A stretch of 64,000 nt of DNA from an uncultured Bacilli bacterium. Lineage in GTDB: Bacteria > Bacillota_I > Bacilli_A > RFN20 > CAG-826. Made by a program: the position numbers and the translations under genes. The stretch covers positions 51,413-115,412 of the forward strand of contig CALVSI010000002.1 of the NCBI GenBank assembly GCA_944358985.1, in the 5' to 3' direction. The notes under the pieces are model-generated. The model had not been told where the DNA came from and did no database searches. It worked only from the letters and a program-made list of their open reading frames with translations. Below, one piece after another: positions 59,988 through 64,000 of this stretch; positions within the stretch are counted from its first letter, which is position 1; the number at the start of each line of letters is the position of its first letter.

Positions 59988-60768
59988 GAAGCAATAATTC
60001 ATATAACATCAAAGCGTAATTAATATCATCATCTTTGTCTTTGTAATCATCGCTTTTAAATTCATAATCTATCTTAATTCCACACATTCTTTTTAAACTT
60101 TGTGATAATGATTTTAACTTGAAAGCCAAAAATACATAAGTATCATTGTTATTTCTTTCAGTCATATTCGTTGGAATATTATCTAAATCAATTTCTACTT
60201 TTAGAGCGTTATAATTAACACCACTTCTCATATAAAAAGTAATGTACAATATGACATGAGAATAATGTGGAGACACATGACTGCCATCTGGATTATCTGC
60301 CGCGGCTTTAAAATTTAAAGCAAAATAGTCATAGTCATACATTTCTTTTGCAAACATCATTCCAAAACCACCTTCATCAATTTGAATTCTAGATAATTGG
60401 AAATCACCATTACAAAACATTTGACCATCAAATAATTTAGATACATATCCGATTTTAAAAGAATCATCAATTAATGATAATTTTTTATTTTCAGCATACG
60501 AACTAGTGTAATCTAATCTTGACATATCTTCATCATAATAATTTTCAATCGCAGATTCATATGTTCTTACATATTCTCCAGGATTCAAAGTTTCTTTAAT
60601 TGGATTTACAGATTCAAAAACATCAGGACATTCGCGATAATAATTATTTACAAAAATGGGATCATTATATTCATCACCATCAAATACTTCTTGTAAGTCT
60701 TTTCCGCACGCTGTTAAAACAAAAACTAAACAAATAGATAAACATTTAAATATAAATTTATTTTTCAT
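59968..60768 (-). CDS. Lipoprotein of unknown function.
   Basis: Lipobox 'LTAC'. 266 aa. Confidence 0.5.
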   Translation of the reverse strand: MKNKFIFKCLSICLVFVLTACGKDLQEVFDGDEYNDPIFVNNYYRECPDVFESVNPIKETLNPGEYVRTYESAIENYYDEDMSRLDYTSSYAENKKLSLIDDSFKIGYVSKLFDGQMFCNGDFQLSRIQIDEGGFGMMFAKEMYDYDYFALNFKAAADNPDGSHVSPHYSHVILYITFYMRSGVNYNALKVEIDLDNIPTNMTERNNNDTYVFLAFKLKSLSQSLKRMCGIKIDYEFKSDDYKDKDDDINYALMLYELLLPNSYWL

Positions 60769-62194
60769 TTGTTTCTTTGGCTCCTTCTTTTACAATCGCA
60801 TCCACTACAACACTATCTTGTTTTAATAGCGATTCTTTGAGCTTCTTTTTACTCGTAAATGTATACCCAATTAAAAATACAACAATTAAAAACATTGGAT
60901 TTTGAACCATTGGAATAATATTTAGATAATGACTATATGGCTGCATATCAAAAGCAAATAAGGAATAAACAAAAAACATCATAACAAAACTATTAATTAA
61001 TGATTTGGTTAATTCGCTATCTTTACTAATTTTGTTATATCTAACAATAGATATTATACTAAATACAACAAAACATATAAAAGATATAGCTCCAAATAAA
61101 CCAGATGTTATCATTGTATCAAATAACCATGAACCAGTTGGAACTATCTCATATATATTTCTAGAATCTCCAAATATTTTTTCAAAACTTAATAAACCAT
61201 CTAAAGCTTGTTTATAAACTATTGATAAACGATTGTTATTAAACAATTTATTTAAAATAGAGTTGCTGGAAATTAAATTTTGCAATCCCTTGACAAAGTC
61301 CCAAGAACTTTGAGCATTTAAGAAAAATATTATAAATAACACACCAAGCATTCCTAAAATAACATAAATAGAAATTCTTAATGCTAAATAATTTTTCTTT
61401 ACAAAAATCAAAAAGATAATAACACCAATAGCTAAAATAAATGTAATCAAATTAACCTTGTTGATTGTAAAAAGAATACTAACTAAGCCGAGTATGGCAA
61501 AGCAAAGATAAGCTATAAATAGTTTTTTTTCTTTTTTAAAAGATATATATTTAAGACCAATAACGCTTGAAAAAAGCATTGTGCCATAAAGTTGGAAATG
61601 TTGAATGGAAACATCATTAAATTCAAACCCCATCAAAAATTTAATAGTGTCATAAATAGTGCTTCTTTCCCCATCATAATAAATGTATTTTCCTTCATAT
61701 ATCCAAGTATAAAAAGGTATGTAACAAACCATCGAATATATAAAAGAAATTAAAACTAATAAAAATAACGCTCCATAAATGACAAGAAAAACATACTTAA
61801 GATTAAACTTTTCAATATATTTAGATAAATACCCTAGACCCACAAAACAAAGTAGTCCAACAAAAGTTAAAACGTTTGTAAATGCGTCGATTTGATTAAG
61901 TGAAAATCTAGAACAAACTGTCAACAAAATAAAAAGAAAAAAGGGTATTAAAAATATTAAAAAGAACAAGCCGTCTTCTTTTTCTTTTTTTAAAGAATCG
62001 TAAGAAAATAATATAGCAAAAATAAACAAAATGACGCTAATAAGTGCATACAATATAAAAGAATTTGCAAAAGAAAAACCTAAAAAAGCGAATAATTCTA
62101 AAACAAAAAAAACTAAAACTTCACTATATTTAGATAAGGTTTTTGAAATGCTAACATCTGATTCTAATTTTGGTTTGTTTTTACTCTTAAACAT
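60758..62194 (-). CDS. Polytopic membrane protein, possibly an O-antigen polymerase/ligase-like (Wzy-type) protein.
   Basis: More than 10 TM helices and a large loop. Adjacent to the TupA-like gene. Confidence 0.35.
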   Translation of the reverse strand: MFKSKNKPKLESDVSISKTLSKYSEVLVFFVLELFAFLGFSFANSFILYALISVILFIFAILFSYDSLKKEKEDGLFFLIFLIPFFLFILLTVCSRFSLNQIDAFTNVLTFVGLLCFVGLGYLSKYIEKFNLKYVFLVIYGALFLLVLISFIYSMVCYIPFYTWIYEGKYIYYDGERSTIYDTIKFLMGFEFNDVSIQHFQLYGTMLFSSVIGLKYISFKKEKKLFIAYLCFAILGLVSILFTINKVNLITFILAIGVIIFLIFVKKNYLALRISIYVILGMLGVLFIIFFLNAQSSWDFVKGLQNLISSNSILNKLFNNNRLSIVYKQALDGLLSFEKIFGDSRNIYEIVPTGSWLFDTMITSGLFGAISFICFVVFSIISIVRYNKISKDSELTKSLINSFVMMFFVYSLFAFDMQPYSHYLNIIPMVQNPMFLIVVFLIGYTFTSKKKLKESLLKQDSVVVDAIVKEGAKETNEK

Positions 62195-62264
62195 AATAAA
62201 AAAATATAATACTATTCATATTATATTTATTATTCAACAAAAAAACATTTAAAAAATAAAAAAA

Positions 62265-62390
62265 CTAGAAAGGTAAAAACTCTTCATCTAGATTATCATC
62301 GAGGTTTTCATCCAAAAATAGTGCTTCTAAAACTTCTATTTCTTCTTCATCAGTTAATTCTTTTTTGTTTTCATCATTAAAATAGTCCAT
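62265..62390 (-). CDS. Candidate 41-aa highly acidic small protein (MDYFNDENKKELTDEEEIEVLEALFLDENLDDNLDEEFLPF).
   Basis: Hand translation. AGGA about 9 nt upstream. Lies between two divergent genes. Could be a chance ORF. Confidence 0.3.
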   Translation of the reverse strand: MDYFNDENKKELTDEEEIEVLEALFLDENLDDNLDEEFLPF

Positions 62391-62555
62391 AATAGTTGTC
62401 CTAAATGGTGGCTAGATTATTTTATATAAATTAACCACGTGTCTAATTTAACATACAGATGAAATATTTTTAACAGCAAATATTGCTGTTTTCTAAACAT
62501 TGTCTAATAAAATAAACAATTGAAAAAATATTTTTTTAATTTAATATTAAAATGC

Positions 62556-63236
62556 ATGAATAAAATTAAAAAAGATGAAAAACAAATATTAGCAAACAAT
62601 CTAGCATATTATCGAAAAAATGCAAAGATGACCCAATTAGATTTAGCTACTCATTTCAATTACTCTGATAAAGCAATTTCTAAATGGGAAAAAGGAGAAA
62701 GTGCTCCTAGTATTTTCGTTTTGCGTTCTTTAGCGGAATTTTATGGTATCACTGTTGATGACTTTTTTAATGAAACACCTAAAAAACCATTCTTTAATAA
62801 AGCAAGAAAACATATTCTCATCACAATTTTATCAATGGTTTTAGTTTATTTAGTAGTTACAATATTATTCGTTTTGCTTACATCCGTATTCGATGTCATC
62901 CAATACAAAGAATATTTCTTTACTTGGTATCTTTGGATTTTAGGCATTCCTATTTGTTCAATTTTAGGAATTGTATTTTCTAGTATTTGGGGTAATAAGA
63001 TTTTAACAAGTATTGCCATATCTGTTTTAGTTTGGAGTACAACAGTGTGTGTTTATTTGCCACTACAAATAATTGTTAAAGCTCCTAACATGTATTTATT
63101 ATTTTTTATTCCTGTTCCGCTTCAAGTAATGGTCATTCTTTGGTATTTTTTAAAAAAACCGATATTTAAAAAGCGTGTAAAGAACACGCCTAATGCTTTA
63201 GATAACAATGATGTTGATTCTAATTTAGAACATTAA
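62556..63236 (+). CDS. Membrane-bound XRE-family (HTH_3) transcriptional regulator with 4 C-terminal TM helices.
   Basis: 'MTQLDLATHFNYSDKAISKWEKGESAPSIFVLRSLAEFYGITVDDFF' HTH. The track start at 62520 is a TTG; the first ATG, at 62556, precedes the HTH. Confidence 0.65.
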   Translation: MNKIKKDEKQILANNLAYYRKNAKMTQLDLATHFNYSDKAISKWEKGESAPSIFVLRSLAEFYGITVDDFFNETPKKPFFNKARKHILITILSMVLVYLVVTILFVLLTSVFDVIQYKEYFFTWYLWILGIPICSILGIVFSSIWGNKILTSIAISVLVWSTTVCVYLPLQIIVKAPNMYLLFFIPVPLQVMVILWYFLKKPIFKKRVKNTPNALDNNDVDSNLEH

Positions 63237-64000
63237 TCATGTCCTTCATCACCATCATTTATGTACAAAATACCTAGTGTTTTTTCTCCACAGTGAGATG
63301 TAATAGTTGAACCTGCAACTGTTTTATAAATTGTTTTAAAACCAGCTTTTTTTAATGCTTCGACACCAATTTCATATACTTCATCATCATATTTTGTTGC
63401 GGTTACAAAAGCAATACTGTGATCTGGGTTATTAAATTCCGCTAATGTGTCTTGGCAATATTTACCAACAACAATTTTATCGTTTGATCCTAAATATTTT
63501 TTCCCAGGACGCATCGCTCCATCATCTACTAAAATTTGTGGTCTTATTTTAAATGCTTTTGCAGCTAGTGCACTTAATTTAGAACATCTGCCACCTTTAT
63601 ATAAATAATCTAATCTTGCCAAAACAAAACTAGCTTGAACATGCGGAACTCTTTCACTACATTTTTTAACAATTTCTTCACAAGTATATTTGTTGGAATC
63701 AACTAATTTTCTTGCATATATTGTTTGCAAACCTATACCAGTTGATAAACTTTTAGAATCGATAATATTAACAACACCTTCTTTAAAATGTTTGCTTGCT
63801 GCATCCGCGTGGCTCCAAGAACTAGAAATTTTACTAGATAAAGCGAAATGAATAATCGCATCATATCCTTTATCAAGTAATGATTTAAAATATTCTTCAT
63901 ATTGAAATTCGTTAATCGCGGTTGTTTTTGGTAAGACACCTGTTTTTGAAACATATTCAAATATTTCATCAGGCACAATATCACCATCAAGACCGACCTT
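63233..64000 (-). CDS. DegV-family (FakB-like fatty-acid-binding) protein, 5' end beyond the window.
   Basis: DegV-like 'GSTITSHCGEKTLGI'. The reading frame stays open to position 64000. Confidence 0.6.
   Translation of the reverse strand, partial: KVGLDGDIVPDEIFEYVSKTGVLPKTTAINEFQYEEYFKSLLDKGYDAIIHFALSSKISSSWSHADAASKHFKEGVVNIIDSKSLSTGIGLQTIYARKLVDSNKYTCEEIVKKCSERVPHVQASFVLARLDYLYKGGRCSKLSALAAKAFKIRPQILVDDGAMRPGKKYLGSNDKIVVGKYCQDTLAEFNNPDHSIAFVTATKYDDEVYEIGVEALKKAGFKTIYKTVAGSTITSHCGEKTLGILYINDGDEGHD

Overview
This is an AT-rich (about 27% GC by eye) bacterial window that translates cleanly with the standard code (TGA = stop). Lipoboxes are frequent and the Opp system has the long OppA and insert-bearing OppD typical of Mollicutes. 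Together these point to an Acholeplasma-like wall-less Firmicute; that is an inference, not a search result. No rRNA, tRNA, CRISPR array or transposase was seen. In order the window holds the following. (1) A galactose/raffinose-type sugar locus: galT (partial), galM, a GH36 alpha-galactosidase, a GPH-family symporter, galK, a GH1 beta-glycosidase and a GH13 alpha-glucosidase. (2) Housekeeping and redox genes: a YfcE-like phosphoesterase, pyrG, a flavodoxin-4Fe4S protein and an SDR epimerase. (3) The most unusual region, a tight 8-gene plus-strand operon from 15.1 to 26.1 kb. It encodes a TasA/camelysin-like secreted protein carrying a SipW-cognate-type signal, a SipW-like archaeal/ER-type signal peptidase, a membrane-anchored McrB/MoxR-type (AAA_5) ATPase, a zinc-ribbon partner protein, an EcsAB-like ABC transporter, a secreted beta-helix protein and a collagen-like repeat lipoprotein. 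(4) A minus-strand redox operon (flavodoxin, phosphoesterase, HI0933 flavoprotein) ending in an unannotated 40-aa rubredoxin-like ORF. (5) A starch/pullulan module: a GH13 amylase lipoprotein and a pullulanase. (6) A surface module: an SPFH-like zinc-ribbon protein, a membrane-anchored endonuclease-I nuclease, a 1019-aa beta-helix protein with a C-terminal Hint/BIL domain, and a second TasA-like protein. (7) ung and a GT4-GT4-flippase polysaccharide cluster. (8) The oppABCDF operon, co-transcribed with a BspA-type LRR surface protein and a lipoprotein. (9) A TupA-like ATP-grasp protein, a polymerase-like membrane protein, a membrane-bound XRE regulator and a partial DegV. The best candidate for an undescribed system is the sipW operon together with the dispersed proteins that share its signal motif.
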